From contig NW_018408858.1 in assembly GCF_002113885.1 (NCBI RefSeq), forward strand, positions 457,796 to 521,795: a stretch of DNA of 64,000 bases. Direction: 5' to 3'. Within the stretch, counting starts at the first letter, position 1. Each line of letters begins with the position of its first letter. The position numbers were made by a program, and so were the translations under genes. Origin of the DNA: Mizuhopecten yessoensis (lineage: Eukaryota). The notes under the pieces are model-generated. The model ran no database searches. It was not told where the DNA came from and saw only the letters and a list, made by a program, of their open reading frames with translations. This document shows positions 26,601 through 38,243 of the stretch, one piece after another.

Positions 26601-29600
26601 TCCTTAACGGAAATGCCCAGGGTATTGATATTTGGTCTGTAGCATGCGAGGTTGATGGGCAACAAGGTTTATGGATCAACTTCCGGTATTTGATAGAGGT
26701 CAAATTCGAACATGCAAATTTGTAACAAATTTCAAAGATTCCGGGACTTTTACTACTGGTGGAAGGGAAGTAACTCGTACTATTTACGAGTTACTTCCCT
26801 TCCACCAGTAGTAAAAGCCCTGGTAGAATTGTTCACCAACAAAATTATAACTTAGAGCAGAAGTTAAACACCTTTTTTATTCTACTATTTTGCTAAAATT
26901 CTGAACTTGATCAAGTTTCAACATTTCAAAATATAAAGTCTTTACCTCAATGGTGTGATATAAGTAAGCCCGTTAAATTGTTAGCCAGCAATTTCTAGTT
27001 GTACTTATGTTTATTTAATCTTTTTAGTGGAACTACTTTTCGCACCATTTTATGAGTCTTATGTGTTCAGTGATTGACTTGTTTTTATTTTGTAACAAAT
27101 ACCTAGTTTTCATACTTTCACTTTGTTGATAACAAAATAAATGATACTAAAACCTACCTTCTTTTGGCTTACACTCTACTTCTCCATCTGTAAAATAAAA
27201 TCAATTAAAACCATTATATCCTTATCATTTCAGGATGTCATCTTCGAAATTAAATGGCTTTATTCTCAATATATGCATCTTTTCTAATCTATGATTTTTT
27301 TATGTGTTAAAGGTGGCTAATTCATTTGTACATTCAAAACATGAAAAATAAAATGTATTTGTAATAAAAAAAAACAAAAACGAGTTCACTAGTCTAGAAA
27401 CAATTGCAGATTCATGCATACCTATGATATCAAAGCAATGTTTTGATTAAACATGAAACTGAATTGCATGGCAGCAAAAGGAATAAAAGCCGGCTTAGAT
27501 CTCAAAGTAGTACCGTCATAATTTTCATTGAACCGGTAAAACTATCTTTCTGCCTTGAGATTGGTCAGTTTTTGATATATGGAACCAATTTAATAGATAA
27601 TAATTCAAGGGGGCAAAACAAGGTATGTTAATCGATCAATAGAACGGAAGCCTTCAATAAAAGAAGGACTTATGTTAGCTCAGTCGGTTTCAATCTCACT
27701 TAACTCTCGTCTTGAAATTAGTGTCATATTCTCCATTTATGTTTAGAAATAATAACTAATTTTAGATAATTGACCTATTTAAATTAAAATTGTTGAAACA
27801 ACAAGAGAATACCGAACTGCCAACAAAACAATAATTCGATCTCGAAATCGATAAAACTATGGCGAAAAAATAATAAGAATAATACACGAAATGTCTTGAA
27901 AAAGTAGAAGGAGACTTACATCAGGTGTTTCGGAAGGTTAAGTGTAATCTGCTCAAACTACAACACCCGCCCTGTAAACCTATGTCAAATCTAAATAATG
28001 TCGCGTCCTGGGTAAAAACAAGGAAAACTGGGAAAGTACAACAAATCAACAAGGCTCACTTATGAGTATAATCAAAAGCAATCAATGTCATATCACACAA
28101 AGAAGGAGCCAATTCCCTTTTGAGATCATGATGGTGAGCTTAAAACTTTTCAATAGTCATCAGCTGATATTTAACGAAACCTTGTGCTGTAAGTTTTTCC
28201 GCCAGCAGTCGACAACTTTTACAAAAACATGATGTTCGGAGCAAACTAAAGAATTCCAAATCAACTGCGATATGTAAATACCGTAAGTAAGCGCGCAGGG
28301 GTGTTACTTTTCAGAAAGGGAAAGTTCGCTATCGGAAAGTCGAAACGAATTTGCTCATTGTACAGCTTAAAAGTAAGGCATCCCTGTTGGTCATGATGCA
28401 AGCAAAGATCGAGGAAAGAAGCTGACGACAAAGAGTCTGTCGTGTCATTGATTTCAAGCTAAAAAGGATATATTTTATTGATAAGTCAAGCAATATATTG
28501 TTATTCAAATACAGCACATCGTCGACATATCTATACTTGAAATTGAAGGACGTTGAAACGCTCCGTTTACTTGTCATGAAATGAGATATTTATTATTTCA
28601 TATTTTATATGTTGTTTTAGATATATAGGTGATATTTTCCATTTTTCACTTGCCATATTTTATACACTCACACTCTGTCTCCAACAATTTCTTCTCTATT
28701 TTCATTTTTGAATTATGTTTTGATATTAATAGTTGCAGAATACGTTCTGCCTCACAGCTGCCTCATGATTAATTTTGATCACAACATCTAACATTAAATG
28801 ACCTATCTAATTTAATTCTTAGCCTCTGAAATAATTCAAGAGGTCGTTCTAATTATTAACGCAAAATAGAAGCATACTTTCCCCCAATTTCGCTATATTA
28901 TCTAATTGTTCTGTATTCATAGTAAATATGAAGAAAACACATATTATTTCGAAAGAATTGAAGGATTTGCATGAATGAATTTCTGATAATTTCTTTAAAT
29001 CATGATTTCAAGTTCAACACAAAGGTTTTTTTATAGGCTTTGAAATTTGAAAACACTTAAGACCACTAAGGATTCCTTTTCAGAATCCATCTTTTCTCCA
29101 AAAGTTGAGTATTGAAAACATCTTGATATCTTATTTATTCAAGCCAGAAAACGAACTGGCGGACCTCTTTCGATATTTTGTGATTAATTTTCTATTGTAT
29201 AAAATATAGGCATTCTTTTAATGGAAAACAATGAAAAAACATCCTTTGGCGTATCGGATGGACCGTTTAAGTATTATTTTAGTAAAAAGTAGATAATCAC
29301 TTTCTTTTAACCGGTTATGTTAGCAAAGAAACTAACTTTTAACTGATATGTTTATATAAGCATCCATGCATTGTTTTGCTTCTCATCCTAATACAAACTA
29401 TAAATAATCTTTAAAATAGATAAATGCTATTTGAAATCTAATTTAATGTCTGAAACAAACTAAAAGGAGACTTTCATTTTGATCGAATATACTTGCAATT
29501 TTTAACACATAGTACTAACACACACGAGTTAAACATGGCGCATGTCGGAATCAGACAGGCTTACGTATCCCTTTGTGTACAATATTAAGGTGTGATCAAT

Positions 29601-32310
29601 GTACTATACATACGGATGTTGGCACAATCAAAATCTCCGTCGAGCACTTCAAGTTCACCAGGCAATAAGTCATCATATGGCATCTGATACCCACACAGAT
29701 ACACCATAAAGGATGCTTTCTCACTCCAATACCAGCTGAAGGAATCGACTACAATAGACACATGATTAATCAAGACACGCTTCGATCATTATACCACTTT
29801 CACATCCTCAGTCCCAGGTGCAAATCGCACTAACGCTTATTAAATTGTATGCGATTTCATCTGGGATTGAGGATACCGCTAATTCTAACATCTTAGGCAT
29901 GTAATCAACAATTTTATAAATAGTTCTCGGCTTGAGTTATTAGTTTTTTTTCAAACCTATTCACTATTAAATCAGTCAGTTCCTGCAATATCGGTTGCTA
30001 ATTTAATATAAGAGTATTGCTTAACTTGACAAGGAGATGTCATTGAGTAAAATTCTCAAAAAAAACAAATCTTTAAAATGCATGGAATTTTCTTTCAATA
30101 CACATATTTGCTTTACACCCTTGAAAGATAAACGTAAGACACATAAATGTGAATATGTCATGAAAAAAGTAAGCGAAAACTTGCCGATGTTACAAATACG
30201 TACATCAAAAATTTGACTGACTTTGATGGCGAGTGTCGCTACTCTGTAATCTTTAAATGATAGGTACCAGCCTAGCGATTGGTCTGTTTTTTATAACTGA
30301 AATACATACTGCCTTGGATTTTGTTATTACATGTTCAAGAGGTGTATGGATAGAGGAACCCTTGAAATTCGAGGATAGAATTCAAATAGAGAAAAACACC
30401 TTTTAACAATTCAATAAGACGGTGCAAAAACACAACATTGGTAATATGTACAATAATATCCAAATGGTCGTTTTGTTCGTTTAAGACTCATCAACGGTCT
30501 CAAAAAATCTATTTCTAGTGAGACTTTAACCAGAGGATTGGTTGTTGTTGAGAAGTGTTGACTCAGTTAGTCAATCGCCAACTATCGCTATCAACGCAGA
30601 GGTTAAAGTGAACAGAGATACTAAAGATTTTTCCTAATCAATATTTCGCGGTTTTAAACAAAATTTGTAATTATCAGAGGTTTATTTAGTGATTTTATAA
30701 CATGAAGCGTTAAATAGTTTCGTTTGATCTCGTTTTCATGAAAATAAATAGATCTAGAAAAATAATATTCAAATATATGTTAATGAGTTTATTGACTTAT
30801 TTCAATAGAAATATCATCCGGTTGACTTGTTACTTTTTCCAGTACCAGTATAAACATAACAAACGGTGGTGGGAACTGACATCCTCGAAGGACAGGTATC
30901 AGCCTAGCGATGGACCGGTTTCTTTTTACCTGAACCCCATCAAATAACTAAATGCGTGCCTTCATTTTTGTGATGACATAGTGAGCGTAACTGCTAGAAT
31001 TTCGATGATTGGAAACAGATTACATTTTAATTTGATATTTGCAAGCGAGGGCACAATAAACGATCAATTCAGATATCAAGTAGGTGATGCGTTTACTTAA
31101 TCAGGATGAAACAAAAGTGAGTTATGTTTTGTGTTGATATGGATTTACATGCACGCCAGTGGGGAAACATGTTTGAAATGTAAATCGGTGTTATTAAACA
31201 AAATTAAAGAAAAATTCGTCTGCAATGATTCAGCACCTTATATGCTTTTGTTACAATATAGATGGCAATTTAGTCAGATCTAACCTTAAGACTCACACGT
31301 GATGACGTAGTCTGTGCCGATATCCAACTGTACGCCACACATGGAGTCGAATGCTGCCGTGTGCAGATAAAGCACGTGTTTGCCTCCAATCCTTTCCAGT
31401 GCGGTCTGTAATAAAACGATCGTATTTTAGAGGAGAACACCATCAAAATTATTGTAATCAGTTAAAATGACTTCCTCAGTAATCCGTATTTATTTCACGT
31501 GAAATTGAATATTAATGATATTTTTTTCCTTATTGGTATACATCAGTGAACGTCTCTATCTTGCATATCAACAAACATAGACGTACCTCTGTTGCTTGAA
31601 TGACACTTGTGATCTCAAACGCATACAAAAATTGGTCATCAAATGGATCATCGCGTCGACGAGACAATAATGTCTGATTCAGGACCGTGCCTCTCACAAC
31701 TTGGATAACAAATTCACAGGAATTAAGTAACTGATCAATACCAAACATAACTAATCGAACTATGCATCATAAAAATCTGCAACGTGTTCCTTTTATCTTT
31801 GGAAAGTGACCTTTTTTTTTTTTTAAATACAATTTAATATCAAAGGCGAATACTTTTTAGTATCTTTTTGTGTTCATGAATGAATGATAATTTTTAAACA
31901 TCAAAACACTCAACAAAGATCTATCTGAAATTATGTGTATGCGACAAAAAATATTATCAACATAAAGAATAGAAACATCATCACTTAAATCTTTCCGAAA
32001 GATACTTTTAACAAAAAGACTAAAGCATCATAAAGTATGCTTGATAAATATTTTGTATCTAAAACTGGTAATACTCACATGAAATTTCATTTCTTATGAG
32101 TGATTTTTCCATTTACCAAGATGAAACAATTTGTCTATGGAATATAGAAATAACATGCAATGTTTATAAAGGTATTTTTATCTGTCGAGAATTAAACTTA
32201 TCTTCCTTGCAGTATTGATTGCGTAGGTTGCCGTTCAGACTGGAACATGAACAGGCTATACACTGCTCGATGCCTGTTATTGCCAAACACAGAACTATCA
32301 TCCACGACAT
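23678..32310 (-). CDS. TIMP/NTR-domain secreted protein (TIMP-B) with a micro-exon-encoded Cys-rich tail, about 197 aa; the first coding exon lacks a canonical donor, so possibly damaged
   Basis: Exons 32310-32193, 31699-31587, 31405-31297 and 29748-29614, then micro-exons 27187-27158, 24772-24743 and 24426-24385, and terminal exon 23694-23678. Translation: MSWMIVLCLAITGIEQCIA|CSCSSLNGNLRNQYCKEDKFIVRGTV...HTAAFDSMCGVQLDIGTDYVIT...YLCGYQMPYDDL...FDCANI-HGEVECKPKE-DGGMKCCRNM-GMSGRGDTECFEVD-DSDDQ*. Exons 2 and 3 (113 and 109 nt) are the same size as in TIMP-C. Confidence 0.75.
25300..25890 (+). mobile_element. HINE/Helentron-like core-repeat element (about 120-bp internal repeats) in a TIMP-B intron
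   Basis: Repeated GGGATTCAAAATTGTACAAATGGT...GGGGCCAAAAGG...AAACGACTTCTTCTCT units, GC-richer than the background. Confidence 0.6.
25964..26112. mobile_element. Palindromic (foldback) MITE-like element with about 70-bp arms
   Basis: CTGGTTGTCTGGATGTAATTATTGTTG...TAATTACAAGTGGCCTCTGGCAAATC pairs with GATTTGCCAGAGGCCACTTGTAATTATA...CAACAATAATTACATCCAGACAACCAG. Confidence 0.8.
26385..26740 (+). mobile_element. Second HINE-like core-repeat fragment
   Basis: TCAACTTCCGGT...GGTCAAA..TTCGAA..TG is duplicated at about 26388 and 26677, with a GTGACC/GGTCA-rich core typical of these elements. Confidence 0.5.
26741..26823. mobile_element. Perfect hairpin / internally deleted MITE: 33-bp arms, 5-nt loop
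   Basis: CTTTTACTACTGGTGGAAGGGAAGTAACTCGTA (26747-26779), loop CTATT, then the exact reverse complement (26785-26817). Confidence 0.85.
28100..28575 (-). mobile_element. Degenerate Penelope-like retroelement reverse transcriptase fragment
   Basis: SFNFKYRYVDDVLYLNN (RT catalytic YxDD in a Penelope-type context), followed across frameshifts by KLYN, NFPFLKSN and YGIYISQLI-like segments. Confidence 0.75.
29804..29874. repeat. Short inverted repeat / mini-MITE
   Basis: ATCCTCAGTCCCAGGTGCAAATCGCA ... TGCGATTTCATCTGGGATTGAGGAT, arms of about 25 bp. Confidence 0.7.
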
Positions 32311-32484
32311 GACTGATCTGGGTGTAATATGTTCCTTCCTGAAATAATACAAAAGGAAATAAAACATCAGACATATTTCAATATGGAGTGTTCGTTATGT
32401 TTTCTTCAGATGAATGTATCAACCATTGATATCAATCTTCATACTCTAGTGCATATACCTGATACGTATTACTAATGAACTTAC

Positions 32485-32558
32485 TTCAATAAATAACACT
32501 ATCTCTCCGATGTGAGTGAGTGGAGAATCGGTGATAATAAGAATCGGTATTATATATA
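32485..32558 (-). promoter_or_regulatory. Putative TATA box and 5' non-coding exon of TIMP-B
   Basis: Minus-strand TATATAA at about 32550-32556, a GTAAGT donor at 32484 and an acceptor at 32339 just upstream of the ATG. Confidence 0.45.
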
Positions 32559-33233
32559 CACCCCCTCAACCTACGTTATTGTGATCTGGTATATCCAATC
32601 AAATTATTTCTAAACAAGGAGGCAGGTTTTCAGAAGCAGCAGGTTGGCTCATTTAGTGGATCCTGAAGGTCATATCAGTTCTATGATTATCAAGGGTGTT
32701 ATTTTCGTATCATATTATCGATATAAACATTTTAAATGTAATAAACTACATATTATTATTCCGAATTGTTCATTTAAATTTCATTCATACTACTTTTATT
32801 CGAAATATGAATGTTTGAATAGTGAAAGCGGGAAACTTTATAGTGAAATAACAAGGTGAACGTCAATCATAGGAGTTGACAAACTCTTTACATCTGCTCA
32901 TAGTTTCAACAAATCACCGATATTTATTCTACGGGATCTATCTAGGTCTATTGGAAGTCCCTCTTTATCTCTGAATAGCCATATACATTAGCATGCCTAC
33001 TTAACTGACGAGTTAATCACTTAAATCTATCCGAAACATACATTGCTCGTTGTCGTCTGACCTTTTCAACACAATAGGCTTCAGAAGATTTTTAAAATTT
33101 GCAAATATATTTATTGGTAAGTTTTCATTTGTACTCATATACGCATTTTTTTTCTCCCATGTAGCCTTTAATGAGATGGACGTAACACACACAGGTGATT
33201 CCACCTTTAAAATTTGGTAATAGGCACAGAGAG

Positions 33234-34668
33234 TGTCACGATCGCATGTATTGTCTCGTGGTGTTTATGTTGATCGTATGTAGATATATATATTTGTGAA
33301 TGTCCAGTGTCATTGTTATTACGAATCACGTGGTCAGTTAACGGATGTTACGGTAAATAAATAGGTAGGGAGCGGAAGTGCACGAGCTCAGGACACAGGT
33401 AAACATGTGTGGACGCGCCATAGCCACCTGTCGTGGGTTTTAGTACTCACAGCGGCCTACCTCAGTAGTTACAGGCACAGGTTACAGACTGTGGTAAGTA
33501 ATATTAGTATTAAGCTTTATGTAACTCTATTTTTCCATCGTTATGTCCTAATATTGTCCGGTTAGCGTCTATTGAGCCGTATAGGATAGTGCGGTCCGGT
33601 CATGCGTGACGCTTGGGTAGTGAGCCATTACCACAGTACAGCACGTGCATGTAGGCTAAATTGTATGAATATGTTTTTAGAGATACTTTATGGGTTTATA
33701 AGTATGTATATCTCGATGCATAGTTATGTACGAATGTAATAGTGTTGTAATGTTGATGATATGTATTGGAATAGTGATAAACCGTTATGTATAGGTGAGG
33801 TCTCGATAGAGTGTAAAAAGTATGGAAGCCGCGTGGTGCCATACTCGACTGTGTACTTGGTACTATGTATCGCCGGACCGGAATTAGGTTTAATTGTTAT
33901 AATAGTTATTATAGTATATCACTTAACTGTTTACATTACTAGATATCATAGAGTCTCACGTCAGTGTTAAGATTGTCGAATATGATTGTGTCATTATATA
34001 ATTGTCATGTTGATATTTTGTGAGGAATCAATTGCTTGAATGGTGAAGTATGCAAGATTGTAATGGCTGTTTTGGGTATTGTTTAAGCTTTCCTGAGGAG
34101 GATTACGACCACATCTGGACATTGCAGTGGATACATGCGAACGGGGCATCAGGACCGTCCCATGCAAAGGGTCAAGGTCAGCCACAGGTCATCCACAGCG
34201 GGCAAGTCATGGTCACTGAAGGGGTCAGCCAGAGCTGTACAGATAGGGAACTCTTAGTGGACACTAGGGTTCGAGAGAAGCGCATAGCGCACATCCTATA
34301 TTTCCACCGTCAGTAAAGGCTACGGTTGGTCAGAGACTGTTGTCACCCAGGATAGGACTATTGGTCCATTGTGTCATACAGTAGACAGGAGCAGACAGCA
34401 CAGGAACTGTCATATTATTGAAACAAGGAACATTGACTGGTACCATGCAATTAGCCGGCTTATTTGGAACTGTGAACTTTTGTATGGAAATCAATGTGTG
34501 AAAATATGTAAATGTATGTATGTGAATGAGTGGATGCTGGAGAGATGATAGAAATGTTTAGTGAAATGTGCTTGTGTTAATTGTAAATAAATTGTTTGTA
34601 TTTGTGTAACTTACTAGTTTGTTTTGTTCATTTCTAATTATCTCTACCGACGCTCGTCCCGCGTTACA
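33234..34668 (+). mobile_element. Solo LTR (1435 bp) of a Gypsy- or BEL/Pao-type retrotransposon
   Basis: Starts TGTCAC and ends GTTACA (TG...CA). Flanked by a 5-bp direct repeat GAGAG (33229-33233 and 34669-34673). AATAAA lies at about 34585. No internal gag/pol. Confidence 0.8.
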
Positions 34669-35373
34669 GAGAGCAAAAAAAAATGAATCGCACTGCATAT
34701 TACAGGTAACAAATTCATTTACATTTTTCAAAGAAATTTAACCCTTTTAACGTCAAATGCCATTCAGTTCATTAAGCTGTTGTGGCATATTGTCAGACAG
34801 TATATACTAAGGACTAGACTGGCTACCAGCCCCTAAGTTTTTATGAAGAATTTCCTGGCTACATTTTACTATTAACTTAAATTTAGTTTAGAACTAGAAT
34901 CAGACATTTAAGTGGTCAAAATTATTAGCGTTTGTTTTTTTTCTATATAATTCAATATTCTAGAGACGGGGCCAGTCTAATGAAGGACTTATAAGGCAAA
35001 GTTTAAATAAAGGAGGTCCAATTGTACTATTAGCTTCAACCCTATCTGTACAACAATAAGTATTACCATTCTCTATAAACATATCATCGATATCTTTTCC
35101 AATTTACCAGAATTTGGAACACACGACAGTTCCTTCTGAAACGATATAAGTTATATTGCACAATCGATGTATTGATATTAAACATGTTGTAATTATATTT
35201 TTGTGTCGATTATCTACCTTAAAAATGTAAAAAAAAAAACTGTTCAAAACAATATATTTTTGTACTATTTATACACTTATATTTGTATTGTTTGTATACT
35301 AATTTGAATTCGTTATGCTTGTTTTTGCTATTGACGTACGCTATTAATCTAACATGACTAAAAGCTGAAATAA

Positions 35374-36219
35374 TCTGAGAACTATTCCATTCCTAATTTC
35401 CGCTTACAATCTTCACTCAACTCGTTCATACCTTCTACTTTAAGACTATGGAATGAGCTTGACACTAATATTAAAACTGCACATTCTTTTAAGAGCTTCA
35501 CAAACTGCCTCAAAAAACAAAATGAAACATTTAAAGTGCCTGTTTTTTATTTAGCCGGTGACCGTAAGTTAAATATTTTACTAACCAAACTCCGTCATAA
35601 ATGCAGCCCTTTAAATGATGATCTCTTTAATGTTAACCTAATCAACTCTCCTATTTGTGCATGTGGATATCCTAATGAAAATGCTCATCATTTCTTTTTT
35701 ACATGCAGTATATATACTGATCAAAGAGTTGAAATGTTTAGAAATCTTCATGAATACTTACCTCTAAGCTTAGAGAAATTATTGTATGGCCATGAAGATT
35801 ATTCGAGTGACGAAAATAAAAATGTATTTATATATGTCCAACAGTATGTATCGAGTACTCGCAGGTTTTAAATTTGGTCACGTTCTTCTGTCTCCTCTCC
35901 AACAGTCCTCATTATCTTTCATATTCATTTCTTAGCTTGTGTCCGTATTACATGGCATAACGTACACTTGTGTGTTCCTTATTATTTTAGTAATCCTCTG
36001 TAATGTTTAACTTTCTTTTAAGTGCACGAGAGCGTGAATGCAAGAAGTGTGCGTGTGCTGGAATGTATGTAATATAGGCATGTGATGGGCCATTCAGTTA
36101 CAGCCAGTGCGGTAGAAACGAATTTTCGAGAAAGGATGGAATGAAAAGGAGAAAGACACAAAGCACGGGACGTGACGAACTGTTGAATAGTTGAAAGTAT
36201 GGAATAGTGCCAGGATATN

Positions 36220-36262
<43 letters not shown>

Positions 36263-36412
36263 AATAATAGATAAATGTATTGATTTAAACTATGAAATCC
36301 ATCTTATGATGTGTATATACAATTATTTATCTTATAAGGAAAGGGCGTTAATAATGTTCATGTAACTTGTGCCCAATCCTCTTGCATTTTTTTGGCAATA
36401 AAATATGTTTAA
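35374..36412 (+). mobile_element. 5'-truncated CR1/L2-clade LINE with a 17-bp target-site duplication
   Basis: TSD ACTAAAAGCTGAAATAA at 35357-35373 and 36413-36429. An uninterrupted ORF2 C-terminus runs SFIPSTLRLWNEL...CACGYPNENAHHFFFTC (CCHC knuckle) to a stop at 35871. The 3' UTR has (CT)n and ends AATAAAATATGTTTAAA. Confidence 0.9.
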
Positions 36413-37329
36413 ACTAAAAGCTGAAATAAAACTTGAGTATATTTAATGGCGTTGTTGAAAACAAACTAAAGGTTAACAAAGCACGAGTTATTCACCTTGA
36501 CACCTGTGCTTGTTAGCAATCAAGCCACTAGGGTTGGATAGACTATTCCAGCGATGTATGGTTTACATATGTGATTTGGTGTCCATTGTAAAGCATATCA
36601 TTGTAAATATATGTACGCAATATGCAGAGGTTTTGGATAATTTCATGCGTGACTTTTGACCAATATTGACCATGGGAACATCACGTGTTCAATAAAACAC
36701 GGTAGGCAATTGTTGTTTTATTAGTTTAAAATATTTTATTGCCAAAAATTACAAAGGGTTTGGGTGGAATGCTACAAACCTTACTGATTCCCTTCCCTCT
36801 TTCTCTATGTGGTGTAAATACATGTACATCAATGTTGATGATATATATTTATAATACCATAACATCACGTTTCCAGTGTAATTCGCTGTTTCCTGTTCAC
36901 CAGGGCTTAGTTGTTGGAAGCCTAATACGCTTACGCATAGTTAATGCAAAATTGTTTTAATATAATATTTTCAATAGTTTCCACATGTTTAGAGCAACAA
37001 CTAGTTAACTTCACAAATACATGTACTTATTAACTTGGCTAGAGGCACTGTCGGGTTCTGTATCGAAATATAACCATACACCCACATATTAAACCTAAAC
37101 ACACACGCATTCAGTTACGCACGGTTGCACACTATTGGTTATCAATACGCTGTGTGATACTAAACCTGACTGAACGCAGGTAAACGCACGTGCACACATA
37201 TGCATGTTTGTATGCACGAATACGCACATACATATACGTGCATGCCTGCGTGTATGTGTTTATTTACGAATTATTAAAAGGTTCACAACCTTAATACAGT
37301 AAGGTATAAAAGCAAAACAATGTACGTGT

Positions 37330-37590
37330 GGGGCACACGCAAGCAAGCAAGCACGCAAACACACACTCAAATACACACACGCAAACACACACACGCACAC
37401 ACACCCACGCAAAAACACACACTCAAACACACACTCAAACACAATCGCAAACAATCGCACGCAAACACACACTCGCAAGCAATCACAAGCAAACACACAC
37501 TAAAACACACACTCGCAAACAATCATATGCAAACATACACACTCAAACAAACAAACGCAAAAACACACACGCAAACAATCACATATCCTC
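37330..37590. repeat. CA-rich degenerate microsatellite
   Basis: Low-complexity tract of CAAACACACACT/G-type units. Confidence 0.85.
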
Positions 37591-37776
37591 ATATTACCCC
37601 AAATACCATCACCGCCAACATATTTATCCTATCACTGTCAAATTACCTTTGACGTGATGTATTTTAAATCATATGGCGAAAAAAAAAAGTAATTGATAAA
37701 TTGAAGTAAACTATACAATGCCATTTCCTGTGACATTTTCATCACTTAAATAGACACGTATATAATGAGGAAAGCA

Positions 37777-37846
37777 TATAAATGTTTAAACTGCAAGTCG
37801 ACTGGTGTATTTTACGTAGGCCAACGAAACAGTAACGTCAATATCG
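37777..37846 (+). promoter_or_regulatory. Putative TATA box and 5' non-coding exon of TIMP-C
   Basis: TATAAA at 37777-37782, a GTGAGT donor at 37847 and a TTTCAG acceptor at 38200 before the ATG at 38244. This mirrors the TIMP-B layout. Confidence 0.5.
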
Positions 37847-38243
37847 GTGAGTATGATATATCTTTAGAGATTCTTTAACGGGGAGTTATGGATATGTAGT
37901 GGTTATTGACAGGTACAATATTGTAAAAATCAAAATTGTTTGGCTGTATTGATTTGTTTTACTTTTATTTTCATTTTCATATGATTCAGCAATATGTATT
38001 TCTTACGAGGTGGTAGTTGTAGAATGGTTTATGGTGTTGCATTTCTATTTCTATTCAGTGATTGAAAAAATAATAAACTTGTAGCTAATATGGTAAAAAC
38101 AATATGGAACGATAAACGTAAAAAAATGTATCTAGTAATTACGGTAAAAATATTAATATGAATAAAAACTTTAAAGGAGTTATCGAAATACTGATTTCAG
38201 ATTTTAATCCTACATCGAAAAGGTTTTTGAAGATTTCTTAGAT

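Noticed and set aside
34815-34979. 9-bp inverted repeat TAGACTGGC/GCCAGTCTA as a MITE
   Set aside because: The TIR is too short and no TSD is evident.
37260-37657. His/Thr- or Cys/Val-rich ORFs
   Set aside because: They are translations of the CA-rich microsatellite.
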